From the NCBI RefSeq assembly GCF_009914755.1, contig NC_060931.1: a stretch of DNA of 64,000 bases, one strand, 5' to 3'. Within the stretch, counting starts at the first letter, position 1. Each line of letters opens with the position of its first letter. This DNA is from the human T2T-CHM13v2.0 reference genome, Homo sapiens. Both the position numbers and the translations under genes were made by a program. Below, one piece after another: positions 1 to 19,530 of this stretch. Below the pieces are notes generated by a model. It was not told the origin of the DNA, did not search any database, and was given only the letters and a program-made list of their open reading frames with translations.

Positions 1-299
1 AAAAAAATAATAATAATAATGATAATACCACCTCTCCCTCAGAATTGTATGTTGTACTTAGAAAGGCCTTTCCTACTTAAATAATGCAAAAGTATGCTCT
101 AGTATTTTTTTCTAGGATTTTTGTGGCTAAAATTTTTATCTTTAATTCATTTAGGACTTATTTTTGGTATAGAATGAGGCAAGGACCTGATTCTTTTTCC
201 CTTATGGGGAAAAAAAGTCACAATACTATTTATCCAATAATTTTTTTCTTATGGAAATATAATTAACATGTCCATCACCATCACACCTTTTCTTTCTTC

Positions 300-673
<374 letters not shown>

Positions 674-1294
674 TAAAGCTTGGTTTCTGCTGACCAGTAG
701 CAATTTTTAACATCAGTCTGATTTCCCTCTGTCAGCCTATAGGCTTTGCTGGGTTATCTCTCCTGACTAATTTGTGTAGCAACTTCACATGAATTTAAAC
801 ATTTGTATCATCAGTTAACACTCACTTTGAAAATGTTATTGGGAGGCTTGTTAAGTCAGGTGTATTTTGTGTGACTGCTCTACACTCAGGCCTTCTGGAA
901 ACCCTGCAGAGGGTAGCTCTAGTGGCCAGCTAGCTCTCTTGCTGAAAATGAGCAACATAAGTACATGAAAAACCCAACAAGTAGGATTTGAAAGCGGGGC
1001 TAATTGTACCCTTATTTCTTCTGGGGATAAAAGTCTTAAACTTTGTTTAAAGTAAAATGTTTTTATTTCTGACGGTGATTTGTTTCACTTAAATAGCTTG
1101 TTGTTTGTTTCTTTCATTTCTCTTAAGTTTTGGGTTGGGTTTGGTTTGTTTCCCGCAAGTTTTGCCCGTGCCGCCTTCCTCCTTGTGCCTGCAGGGACAT
1201 TTGCTGGTGTGGCAGCCTCCAGGCCCGTCCCCAGCCTTTTTCTTGGCACACCTTCTCTAGGATGGCTGGGACAGTGACTTAGCTTCTACACCTG

Positions 1295-1462
<168 letters not shown>

Positions 1463-4072
1463 TAATGTGTCTTTTAGAGTATATAATTCTCGAGCGCTTA
1501 ATTAGTGCATGTTACCTATGGACTTGCTTATATTGCCATCATTTGGGTATTGAGTAAATAGCAAACAGGGTGGGATTGGTTCCATGTAAACATCCCCCTA
1601 GATGCAAGCCCAGGGGTTTTGTGTTTTGAGCGTTACCAGCTGTTCCATTGTTGGGCATTTTACAGTCTTCCATTTAGCTTTAGAATAACCGTATGAAAGA
1701 GCTACTTTTTGTTTTTGCAAACCAGTTTTTAACACCAATTAGTTTGAAGGCAGGTTTGCTGTGTGACATTTTTGTACCACAGAATCAAATTAGGCAGTTA
1801 AGATTCAGGTTTCTTTAAACCAAGTTAGTAACTAATCTCACAGGTTTAATACATTTTTTCCCACAAAATACATAATTTGTATGGATTTTGTGAACCATAC
1901 AATAGAACCTAAATTTATTCAATGTAGATTGAAGTTTTGGTTTTGTAAAATGTATCCACTGTGTCTAATCAGAAAAAAAAGTTTACTTTTGCTTCTGTAT
2001 CAGACAACTAAGTGATTTATTTACCAAAGCTAATTAGAGCAGTAGCTGGTGAAAATGGGTACTTAGAAGACATTGTTGTCGTTAAAAGTTACTTTTCTTT
2101 AAGCAGCGGTTTTACTTGTGTATCATTTGCTTATCTTGTTACATGTTTGTTCTTCATTTTTAAAAGTATCTTTGGAAGCAAAAGTTAAATATGCTTGAGA
2201 TTCCTTGGGTTGATAACCTGTGTGCATGTCCTAGCTCTGTGACTTCAGGCAGGCTTCATCCTCTCTCCAGTCTTTGCCTGTTTCCTTGTAGGGTGAGATG
2301 AGTACGTGTCACGCACGCATAACAGTCCTGGGCACATAGCACACACTGTGGGGCCAGCCGCTGTCAGAATTCTCCTGTTCCTCAGTGTGCGGGTGGGTCG
2401 GCCTAAAGAGTGCTGCTTTCCACGTTGTGCCCAAATGAGTGGAAGTTGTGTGGTGCTCAGCACACCTGGGTTGGCCGGAGGGATTGGGGTTGGGGTTGGG
2501 TTGAGGTCAGGAAGACATCCTAGAGAAAGGCTGGCTTTGAGCCCTGATTGATGATGAGGCAGCCTGTGATTGATTCAACCAGTACTTCGTTGTAGGGGGT
2601 AATATGGGTGAAATAACTTAGTGGTTAAGTCTGCTGTATTAAAAATCAGTCTATAATCCCCAGACAATTCAAATTCTTCAGTATCTTAGGAAACTCTTCT
2701 ATACCCAGTGGATGTTTAATAATTCAGATTGTAAATGGATTTAAAAACATACTGGCTGGTAGAGTAGGAGACTTCAGCCCACTGGACACATGTGGAAGGG
2801 TGTGGTGTCATTCTGAGAAACAAGAGCCACCCTGCTGTGACTCAGGGGGTACCGGGCAGGGTGAGGCCTCTCTAAGGAAGGCCTCACAGTAAGTCAAGGG
2901 TGACTTGGCAGGAGTCCCACTTTGTGTTCTGAGGAACACACAGATAAGGAAAGAGAACTCTCCTCAGCTTGAACAAAGCTGTAGAGTGTGACGCCTGGTA
3001 TCAAAGTAGGTGTTGTCCTCATAGGGCTAGAACTTAAACTTCATGTTTCCTCTGTGTGAGACTGTGGACTGCTTTCCTATAAAATATTTGAGGAGCAAGG
3101 AGGGAGTGGGACATGGTTCTTGCCCTCAGGTAGTTCACAGAAAAGTCCCATAAACTGTGTAAGACACCCTGTGCTAGCAAGGGGGTGAGCCGGGCGCTTA
3201 AGGAGCAAGAGGGGCGAGCACCCACCCAGCAGTGGAAGCATTCCTGTCTGGACTCCTTCAGAGATAAGGAAATTATCTTGACAACTCAGGGGCAGGCCAC
3301 AGATGCTCAGATACCAGTGTCTGGAAGGTCTCATCCCTTTGAGCCACACTGTCCTAAGAAGAACTGGATCTGGTAGTAACATGCTGGCACCTGGGTCTCT
3401 TGTTGATAAAGGGGAAACCTCTAAATTTTGTACTACATGGAATGTGGTCCCTGATTGCTGGCTCTGTGGTCTGCAGACCTGTTGATGTAGCTCATCCAAG
3501 ACTGCTTAGACACTCTCCTGAAGGACCAGTTGGAAGATTTCTTATCTAGGGTGTCCTAAAAAGAGATGTTACATTTCTTGTGGTCATTTAACATTGGCAT
3601 CCTCTCTATTGGGCAGCTCTGTCGGGCTAAGTCTGTTCAGACCATTCATTTCTTCTTCGTTCTCCAAAAGATGGTGAGCAGGTAGTCGCCATTCTTAGTT
3701 GAAATTGCCCTTCAGGTTTTTATTTCCCGAATTACGTAATCCTTACATTATTTTCTCTTGAAAATCTTTGCTAAGTTCTGCATACTCATCTTCAGTTGCT
3801 ATGCACAGAATCAAGTCTTGTCAGAGTAACGCTCAAGTCCAGCATCTTCCCTTGTGTAGATCACCTGTATTTATTTGCCTGCTTGTACCAGCATTGGTGG
3901 TGTGAGTGGGAGCCTAAGTGACCTGTCAGTGTCACAGCGAGTCCTGAGCCCTGTGTGTGTCCTGAGACTCAGGCTGTGCAGCGGGTTCGCTGAGATGCTG
4001 AGCCTCCATGTTGGGGTCAGCCAGGACCCCAGTGCGTCATGCCAGTTGTTTCATTTTCTCTCTAGGCTAAAA

Positions 4073-4668
<596 letters not shown>

Positions 4669-6151
4669 AGTGCTAGAGGTTTTAAAGTGGTGGGCTAGAC
4701 TCCTGTGATGGTAGATAAAAAGAAAAACTGTGGTGTTCAGCTTGGCAGTTTTGAGTTTCAAAAGGCCTCAGCTTTTGTGAGGTTGGCTGTTACAAGTGCA
4801 GCCAGAGAGCACCAGGCACACACATGTGGTTCCGCAGAACTAGAGTTGTTACTCTTCGCCGCGAGGGAAACACGCACCTGGGGACTGTGGGAATTCGGCC
4901 CTCACTCTTACTGGCCGGGAGCAGGGGATATTTGGTGATTTTTGTGGTTTGTATGATGATCTTGGATTTGTCACTACTTAGAAACGATTATGAGTTGTTT
5001 TTTTTAAAGTTTACTTACTTTTGGTCCTATTTCAGCACAGTCACACAGGTGACCTTCTCTGATGTTAGTGTTCTGCGAGATTATTCTATTCAATAGTAAC
5101 ACCTCCACCAGGGCGAAGCTGCGAGTGCCAGGCTGGTTCTCATACGTCAGGGCTGCCTGACCCTTTTACAGGATTACAGGCGTGAGCCACTGCGCCTGGC
5201 CAGAATGTCTGTGTGTTTTAAAATTCCAAACTTGAAAGTAAAATCCAGGTGGATAGCATTTGGAAGAGAATAAAACGAAGTAGAAACAACACTACTTTTT
5301 TGTAGTGAGATCTCAGCTGTCCAGATGCCCGCCCTGTCTTACTCCATGGAAAGTGGACCCATCTGTTGTGGATGGTTCCACCAGTGGGCAGGAGGCTGTG
5401 GGAAGAGCAGCCCTGGCTACACTTACCACCGAGGAGGGAGTGGTGTGTGATGCAGGAGTAACAAAGGCGTTGAAGGCACCACGTGTGTAACAGGCACGCG
5501 GGAGTCTGGGTTAGTCAGAAAGGGGAAAGCAGTGCTCAGGTTGACTGGAAACATAGGCCGGTGACCGGAGACAGCCTGAGGCTCCAGAACACACAAGTGA
5601 CCTGTGAGGAAGGAAACTGAGAGACCCTGGAGAGACACCGGTGGTGCCCTCTCAGGTCCTCTTGAGTGTTACGAGGACGGGGAAGAAATAGAGCCTCCCA
5701 GCCAGGGTCAGCCAGCACAGCCTCTGTATGTGAAGCGTCAGGACAGCGACGGCCGGGAGGAGGGGATGCTAGGAAGTGAGTACCAGAAGCACTAGACAGG
5801 GTTTTGGGAAGCTATATTTAGCTGGGGACGAAGAAGGAACAAGGAAGGAACAGGCAGATGGCATAGCACGAACGCCGGGTGGAAAGTGGAACTGCTCGCT
5901 CCTGTCGTGTGTGTCTCTTCTCCATCAAAAAAGAGGCTCTTAAAAATCGAAAGCATGCCACAGATACGATCAGAGGCTCTTTGGAAGCTGCATTTTTGTA
6001 ACTGGTTCTCGATGATCCTCTCCCATGGTAAAGATTTGGCACCATATGAAGTCCTTGGGAGGACAAATCTTCAACAGTAGCCCATAGATGAAACCCAGAT
6101 AGCTGTGGAAACTAATGTGCTCTTTGAATGTTAAGTCAGGAAAGCTTGAGT

Positions 6152-6708
<557 letters not shown>

Positions 6709-6711
6709 TCA

Positions 6712-6981
6712 TTTTGAGACAGGGTCTCGCTCTGTCACCCAGACTGGAGTGCAGTGTCACAATCTCGCCTCACTGCAACCTCCACCTCCCGGGTTCAAGC
6801 AGTTCTCTGCCTCAGCCTCCCGAGTAGCTGGGATTACAGGTGCCTGCCACCATGCCCGGCTAATTTTTTGTATTTTTAGTAGACACAGGGTTTCACCATC
6901 TTGGCCAGGTTGGCCTTGAACTCCTGACCTCGTGATCCACCTGCCTCGGCCTCCCAAGGTGTTGGGATTAGAGGCGTGAGC
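6712..6981 (-). mobile_element. Alu (AluS-type)
   Basis: Reverse Alu consensus. Confidence 0.9.
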
Positions 6982-7096
6982 GCTTTTCTTAAAAGAGTTC
7001 CAGGGTTCTATGTTGGAAGAGCGAGTTTGTCAGTTTTTATTGGAACAAAGAAATGAATTGACAGCATTGTGATAAACACTGGAAGTGTCACTTCTA

Positions 7097-7405
<309 letters not shown>

Positions 7406-8064
7406 TTAAGGGGTGGCTTCCCCCAGACCTACAAAGTAGCCCAGAATTGGAGGTCTTAGTGTCAGCAACAGTGCTGATTTTGATAATGCAAGTCTGTACA
7501 TTCAAACCAGTCTCCCAGAACTAGGTGGAAGATAGGAACATTTCTGCATAGGAGACTTGGAATGTTCTGGCAGCATTAAAACCCTGAGGCCCGGCTATGT
7601 TCTGGGAGAGCCCTTTGGCAGGCATCATTTACAGACGGGTCCTTTTCCTGTATGCTGTGGCTTCAACTAGGCTGTGTCTGAGAACTCGGATGGAGCACTT
7701 GAAAGTGCCCGTGGCTCCCGCCTGCCTTTGCGGTAAGGGACAGTGCAGAACATCTCCGGCTGTGCCAGCTGTTGTAGATTCTGGTGGGTGCTGCCATGGG
7801 AGGAGGAGCACGTTGTTGCCCCCCCTCAGGATCTCCCTGACCTCTGTCTTCACCATCGTTGAACTTAACGCCTGCTTTTGACCAGGTAGCGTGGAGTGTT
7901 TCAGTGGCATTTGTCATCGAAGATATGTTAGAATCTATTGTATGCTTTTGGATCTCTCCGGAGGGTTAAGACAAAATTCTAATAAAGAATCGATAAGAGG
8001 TTATATTGATTTTTGTTGTCCTCAGTCTGTACTAAACTCAAACCAAGTTCTCATGCATTACTAG

Positions 8065-8121
8065 GTTGGAGAAACGTACGGTAAGGATATAACCTCCCGG
8101 GGCAAAGACAAGCCGATTGCC
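8065..8121 (+). CDS. RAC1: RAC1 alternative exon 3b (57 nt; 19-aa insert of RAC1B)
   Basis: actag|GTTGGA...ATTGCC|gtatgt; encodes VGETYGKDITSRGKDKPIA, the known RAC1B insert. Confidence 0.97.
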
Positions 8122-9528
8122 GTATGTAAAACTTTCAGTCCACTTCAGTTTCAAGCTTTCTCTGTTCTCTCATTTCACTTCGTTTTCCTAGGATTTTTTA
8201 TTAAGCCTCAAGCTCCTTGAGTGTTTTATATTTAATTCACTCAAGGTTGGGGTTTTGCTTGATGAAATAAACTTCATTAGAGTGTGATAGTTTACCCACC
8301 GGCTTGAATTAAAGCAGTTTGTGAACTGTGATCTTCTCCTCCCAAGTGAAAGGAGGGGACAGTGAGAGGGCCCCTCTCCTGGCTGGTTGGAGATGCAGAT
8401 ATGGAGACTCCTCCCGGAAGCCCACCTGGCTGTGAGCCGAGCCGGAGCAGGACTAACCTTGTTGCCGGGGCCTTCTTTCTCCGCTTGGGTGTCCCGTGTG
8501 GTGGGGCTGTCTGGGCGTGGCTGTGCAGTGCTGCTGAGCTAACCCCACCGTGCTTGAGATGGTGTGCTGGGTGCCGCGGTGATTCTTGGACGAGCTTGTG
8601 CATGCGCCAGCATTCTTCAAATGCCAGTTATAAAAAGCTGTTGTGTGGGATGTTTCTTTCCCTTTCAGGTACAAGGTATCAGCTGGAGGGTTGAAAGTGT
8701 AGCTTGGGAATTGTGTGCATTTCATAAAGTAGCATAATTGCCTTTTTCCAGGAGAATATTTTAGAAATCTAGCATTTTAGAATTCTTGGGCATTTTTAAA
8801 TACAGGTGAATATTTGAATTTGGTTTGACACAAAATACAGAATGGATGAAGCATGCAGATGTTTGGCGTGTGCCCCGAAGCACCCTCTACTCTGTCCTCT
8901 GCACCCACCCTTTGCGCCTCTGCGTCAGCCACAGCTGCCCCGGGAGCGAGTTCTCCTGAGGCCCTGGCTGTGCTGACTCTAGGGCAGCGTGAGGGTGGTT
9001 GTCAGCTGTGAAGGTGCCACTTACACACTAAGTCCTCCTTCCTTGTGGAGGGAAGGGCTCAAGTAGCAAATATTGGAGCCCCCGCTTGGTGCTGGGAGCT
9101 GTGACAGGCAGCTCCTGAAGAAGCAGTTTAATTGGAACCAGTGACCATCTAAAACTGTTTGTACTCTAAACCAGATTTTACAGAAATATTGGAATCATAC
9201 CTTTATACTTGATTTTTTCATTTTAGATAGTTAGGCGTAAAGGAAGCCTCCTGAGGGTCTGGTCTGATCCTCCTGATCCTTGAAGAGCTTCCAGCATCAT
9301 TCTCCCTTCATGCTCCCCATTTTCATAAGTAACTGGTGGCTTGACATGCTGGGTTTGGTTTGGGAGCCCTCTGACAAACTGAAAGGGTGGATCAGGAAGC
9401 GTCTGACCACACCACTGGTAGACACGCTCTGCGTCCAACAAGTCCTTCCCAGCAACATGTAGAAAGCAAAGTGCATGCTTCATTCTAAGGTTGTTGTCTA
9501 AATGTTTCCCTGTGTTTCCTTTTTGTAG

Positions 9529-9624
<96 letters not shown>

Positions 9625-9729
9625 TAGAATGATCCTCTCAGAAATAAATACTTTAAAATATCACTTAGCCTAGGAATTTTTAGTTATTTAAATTGGTTTT
9701 AGCAATTTGCTACTTAAGTACATGATTGG

Positions 9730-10659
<930 letters not shown>

Positions 10660-11270
10660 AATACGTGGATTTTTAAAGCTTCAGGTTCTGGTTCAGAAGT
10701 TTCCTGGGTCTCATTAAAATAATGAGGCACTCAGAATTGGTCTAATAAAAATAACGACCATTTCTTTCTACTCCAGTCTCTTTCACAAACTTCTTAGTGA
10801 AAATGACAAGTGAGGCCCTTCAGTAGGGGCATTTTCAGTGGAGATAATAGCGGCAGACCTGAGACCTTGGGCTAGGTAGTTTATTCTCATTTCTGAACAG
10901 ATGATGAATTTTCTCAGATGACCCTAAGAAATTGTTTTACCAAAAACAAAGTGATCTATTTGCTTTGGGAGGAACTCCCTTCCTTTTGTTTCTCTTCCCT
11001 TCCCCCCTTCCCCTGCGGTTGTAGAGCCCGTTCTGTCCGGTCGTGGTTCTGTCCAGCCATGATCCGGGAGTCCTAGCTTGCTAATGGAACACCTGAGATG
11101 TTCCTTATGGCTCAAGGCTTGAATTGAAGGTGGGAACCACCTGAAGCCTCCGTGGGGAGGCCTTGCCTGAGGTTAGGTGTCTGGCATGAGTGCCGCCGGC
11201 TGGGTGTGATTTAGGTGAAGGACATCTGTAAAGGAGCGTGTCACAACCTCTGTTCCTTCTTCACATCTAG

Positions 11271-11849
<579 letters not shown>

Positions 11850-11905
11850 ATGTCTCAGCCCCTCGTTCTTGGTCCTGTCCCTTGGAACCTTTGTACGCTT
11901 TGCTC

Positions 11906-11940
11906 AAAAAAAAACAAAAAAAAAAAACAAAAAAAAAAAA
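11906..11940 (+). repeat. Interrupted poly(A) tract in RAC1 3' UTR
   Basis: A9-C-A12-C-A12 run. Confidence 0.9.
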
Positions 11941-12072
11941 CAACGGTGGAGCCTTCGCACTCAATGCCAACTTTTTGTTACAGATTAATTTTTCCATAAA
12001 ACCATTTTTTGAACCAATCAGTAATTTTAAGGTTTTGTTTGTTCTAAATGTAAGAGTTCAGACTCACATTCT

Positions 12073-12078
12073 ATTAAA
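12073..12078 (+). terminator. RAC1: Proximal RAC1 polyadenylation signal (ATTAAA)
   Basis: ATTAAA with upstream TGTA and downstream T-rich tract; RAC1 is known to have short and long 3' UTR isoforms. Confidence 0.65.
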
Positions 12079-12385
12079 ATTTAGCCCTAAAATGACAAGC
12101 CTTCTTAAAGCCTTATTTTTCAAAAGCGCCCCCCCCATTCTTGTTCAGATTAAGAGTTGCCAAAATACCTTCTGAACTACACTGCATTGTTGTGCCGAGA
12201 ACACCGAGCACTGAACTTTGCAAAGACCTTCGTCTTTGAGAAGACGGTAGCTTCTGCAGTTAGGAGGTGCAGACACTTGCTCTCCTATGTAGTTCTCAGA
12301 TGCGTAAAGCAGAACAGCCTCCCGAATGAAGCGTTGCCATTGAACTCACCAGTGAGTTAGCAGCACGTGTTCCCGACATAACATT

Positions 12386-12393
12386 GTACTGTA
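12386..12393 (+). promoter_or_regulatory. miR-101-3p 8mer seed match
   Basis: GTACTGTA is the complement of seed ACAGUAC plus A1. Confidence 0.55.
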
Positions 12394-12595
12394 ATGGAGT
12401 GAGCGTAGCAGCTCAGCTCTTTGGATCAGTCTTTGTGATTTCATAGCGAGTTTTCTGACCAGCTTTTGCGGAGATTTTGAACAGAACTGCTATTTCCTCT
12501 AATGAAGAATTCTGTTTAGCTGTGGGTGTGCCGGGTGGGGTGTGTGTGATCAAAGGACAAAGACAGTATTTTGACAAAATACGAAGTGGAGATTT

Positions 12596-12603
12596 ACACT
12601 ACA
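12596..12603 (+). promoter_or_regulatory. miR-142-3p 8mer seed match
   Basis: ACACTACA is the complement of seed GUAGUGU plus A1; RAC1 is an established miR-142-3p target. Confidence 0.65.
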
Positions 12604-13351
12604 TTGTACAAGGAATGAAAGTGTCACGGGTAAAAACTCTAAAAGGTTAATTTCTGTCAAATGCAGTAGATGATGAAAGAAAGGTTGGTATTATCAGGAA
12701 ATGTTTTCTTAAGCTTTTCCTTTCTCTTACACCTGCCATGCCTCCCCAAATTGGGCATTTAATTCATCTTTAAACTGGTTGTTCTGTTAGTCGCTAACTT
12801 AGTAAGTGCTTTTCTTATAGAACCCCTTCTGACTGAGCAATATGCCTCCTTGTATTATAAAATCTTTCTGATAATGCATTAGAAGGTTTTTTTGTCGATT
12901 AGTAAAAGTGCTTTCCATGTTACTTTATTCAGAGCTAATAAGTGCTTTCCTTAGTTTTCTAGTAACTAGGTGTAAAAATCATGTGTTGCAGCTTTATAGT
13001 TTTTAAAATATTTTAGATAATTCTTAAACTATGAACCTTCTTAACATCACTGTCTTGCCAGATTACCGACACTGTCACTTGACCAATACTGACCCTCTTT
13101 ACCTCGCCCACGCGGACACACGCCTCCTGTAGTCGCTTTGCCTATTGATGTTCCTTTGGGTCTGTGAGGTTCTGTAAACTGTGCTAGTGCTGACGATGTT
13201 CTGTACAACTTAACTCACTGGCGAGAATACAGCGTGGGACCCTTCAGCCACTACAACAGAATTTTTTAAATTGACAGTTGCAGAATTGTGGAGTGTTTTT
13301 ACATTGATCTTTTGCTAATGCAATTAGCATTATGTTTTGCATGTATGACTT

Positions 13352-13357
13352 AATAAA
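13352..13357 (+). terminator. RAC1: Distal RAC1 polyadenylation signal
   Basis: AATAAA preceded by TGTA and followed by GT/T-rich element (TGGTGTTTTTG at ~13384). Confidence 0.93.
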
Positions 13358-13734
13358 TCCTTGAATCATACGACTGGTAATACTGGTGTTTTTGAGACTT
13401 GATGAACAAGTTCCTGGTGTGTGTTTGTTTGCCTTGCTTTAAAGTCCTGGGTTGTTGGAGACAGTCATTTTCAATGCGTGTCTCCACACAGGAGGGACAG
13501 GGAGTGCCACCTCCAGGGGAGAACTGGGTGAGCCCAAATACGGCAGGAGTGGAGGTGACATTCATGTTTGGACCTGTCGAACAGTGGCGAAGCTCTGAGG
13601 GAGAAGCGCCTATCGGGGTGTGTGTGCACATCCTGGCCCAGAGCTAGGGGCTGAAGATGGAGATGTTGGGACCCTAGACTGGCCCTGGAAGAGTAGAGGT
13701 TGGTGAACCACATGCCCTTAAGATCCTTTCCAGA

Positions 13735-15325
<1,591 letters not shown>

Positions 15326-15530
15326 CAGCTGTGAACTTTCATCTATTGTCTAAACCTCTCAAGATATTCAGATGTGTTGTTATTTTGCCAATACCCATTT
15401 TCCTGGAGTCATCTGATCTGCACCTCTCTTAGGTGCTGGTCTTCATTTCCTGCATCCACATTCCCTTTTTTGATTTACTTCATCCTGAATGGTTTCTCCA
15501 AGAAATCCCTTGAGAGAGTTGGAAGTACGT

Positions 15531-15813
15531 AGTCATGCACTATGTAATGACATTTTAGTCAACAGTGTATTGCATGTATGATAGTGTGTGACTGCACCTT
15601 ATTTTTACTGTACCTTTTCTGTGTACAGATACGCAAATACCACTGTTAGAACTCCTGTTGCATTCAGTATAGTAACAGGCTGTGCAGGTGAGTAGCCTGG
15701 GAGCAATGAACAGGCCCTACCTTTGACCCAGGTGTGTAGTAGGCTGACATTAACAATGAAATCACCCGCGTGTTTCTCAGAATGTATACCCATCGTTAAG
15801 TAAGGCATCACTC
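15531..15813. mobile_element. Tigger3-like DNA transposon fragment
   Basis: Ends resemble Tigger3 inverted termini (AGTCATGCACTATGTAATGAC ... ATCGTTAAGTAAGGCATCACT); family recognised from memory of the consensus. Confidence 0.65.
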
Positions 15814-15914
15814 TTATTTTTGAGCCCCTGCATCTTTGAAAACAACTGTTGTACATTACTTCTGGCTGGGCCTAAAATTCTAGGTTGGTGTGAACATCCC
15901 TTTTAAGTTATATT

Positions 15915-17925
<2,011 letters not shown>

Positions 17926-18529
17926 TTGAAGTTTTTAAAGAGCCCTTTGCAGGCTTTACAAAGCTCTAAGGTGGCATGGCTGTGACAGCAGAGAGGCCCC
18001 AAGGAGGTGTCTTCTGAGGTCAGATTTCCCGGGAGAATCTTCTCCTTGAAGACTTGGGAGCCAGGAGGGGCACAGTCTCCTTCCCTCAACTGCTTGTGCC
18101 CAGGCCCCACCTTCCACCTCAGAGCAAACGACAGGCCAGGTTTCTTCCCGCTTTCCAGCATACCTGCTCTTTAGCTGGGCGTGTCTGCATCACTCCCACT
18201 TCACAGCTGCCCAGGGTCTTGTAAGCTGGGGTCAGTTCATGTCTTTCCTTCCCCCTTAAGGTTCTGTACTGTGCGTCCTCTGACTGTTGTTGGAGTGTCT
18301 TTTCCCATCCTGTGGGTCTCTGCTTTTTTGGAGAAATCTCCCTCCTGTCATTCTGTTGGGCTTCCGGTGGGAGAGGGGGTGAAATCAGTGCTTGGGCAAT
18401 CTTCCATCTGTAGCCAGAACCCCAGGGTTTAAAAAAAACGTGGAAACATCATTGCTCTACAACCACCCAGTATAGTAGCGCTACCTGGAAATCCCCAATA
18501 AGAGAGCACGCAGCTGTACACACAAGCAC

Positions 18530-19237
18530 TATGGTGACGCGCGCTTTATTGTTTCAACTCCTGAATCCACTGGCCGACCCCAGAGCCAGAAGAGTAGCAA
18601 GAATTCAATCAGCAACTCCTGATGTGGACAAACAACTGGGCAGTGGGAATAGGCAGTTGGGGGGCTGTGGCTCGGCGGGGCCGGGGGCTCCACTTACTTT
18701 CCCGATCGGGTTTCGTCTTCATCCCCAGCCAGAGCCCAGGGCTGCCCTTGGTGACGCCCAGGAGAAAACCCCAGCCCGCACCCTCACCACAGTTCCATTT
18801 GTACATCCAGGAAGCCCAGTTTGAAAAACAAACCACGCCTGTAAACTGAGTTGGATGAAAAGAGCTGCCTTGGGGGTGGGAGGCTAAGGAACTGTTCACG
18901 GTCTTCTGGGTGGGCCCTGGATTCCCGCACTTCTGGAGCAGTCCTCAGACAGCCAAGGGATCCATCCACGGGCCAGGGCTTCCCGAGGCTGTCTCCACGG
19001 TCGCTGGGTCTCAGGAGTCGTCCTATCACCTGAGCGTGCTCACTACTTCTGCTACCATTATGGCCACAATGACTTCCCATAAACTTAAGTCATTGAGACC
19101 ATGGAATTCTGTTCCCATCCGATTCCTGTTGATGGACATTCGCTGTTTTGGCGTCATGGGAACTCCTCGGATGGTAAGTCAGTTTAAGGACAAAAGCGTG
19201 AGTCCATCGTTCCTGGGACAGTTTCCAGTGGCCCTGG
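18530..19237 (-). other. DAGLB: DAGLB 3' UTR
   Basis: Between the TGA at 19238-19240 and the polyA signal. Confidence 0.88.
18545..18550 (-). terminator. DAGLB: DAGLB polyadenylation signal
   Basis: TTTATT on + = AATAAA on -, followed on - by GU-rich GTGCTTGTGTGT. Confidence 0.92.
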
Positions 19238-19436
19238 TCAGGCCACGTCCACACTGGAGACCCCTTGTGCTGGACAGGAGACGCAGGCCGCTCTGTCGGA
19301 GACCACGCTGTCCAAGGCCCGCATCAGGATGTCTGGCATGTGGTCGGTGAGCATCTTCGGACCTATGAGTATTTTGCTGAATTCCGCTTCGTGTGACCAC
19401 TTGGCGCTATAGTGAGCAGCAGAGCAGCAGCCAAAC
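19238..19436 (-). CDS. DAGLB: DAGLB exon 15 (199 nt coding; catalytic His639)
   Basis: ttcag|GTTTGG; [65 protein letters not shown]-stop. Confidence 0.98.
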
Positions 19437-19530
19437 CTGAAGCAGAAAAGGAGAGACAGCTCCCACGCGGCCCCAGGGCTGACCCCGCGCTGCTCCTGCC
19501 TGCCCACCACACCCACCACGCCGCACTCAC

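Larger units (their letters stand above)
11850..13370 (+). other. RAC1: RAC1 3' UTR (long form)
   Basis: Transposon-free AU-rich sequence between the stop codon and AATAAA at 13352; 3' end approximate. Confidence 0.9.

Noticed and set aside
4690-5170. Possible LTR-like relic (similar impression at 60560-60860)
   Set aside because: I could not assign termini or a family confidently without RepeatMasker
9240-9470. Possible intronic snoRNA or small ORF upstream of RAC1 exon 4 (9-bp inverted repeat TCCTGATCC/GGATCAGGA, 60-aa ORF)
   Set aside because: No convincing H/ACA or C/D box arrangement or match to a family I recognise; a stem this short is expected by chance
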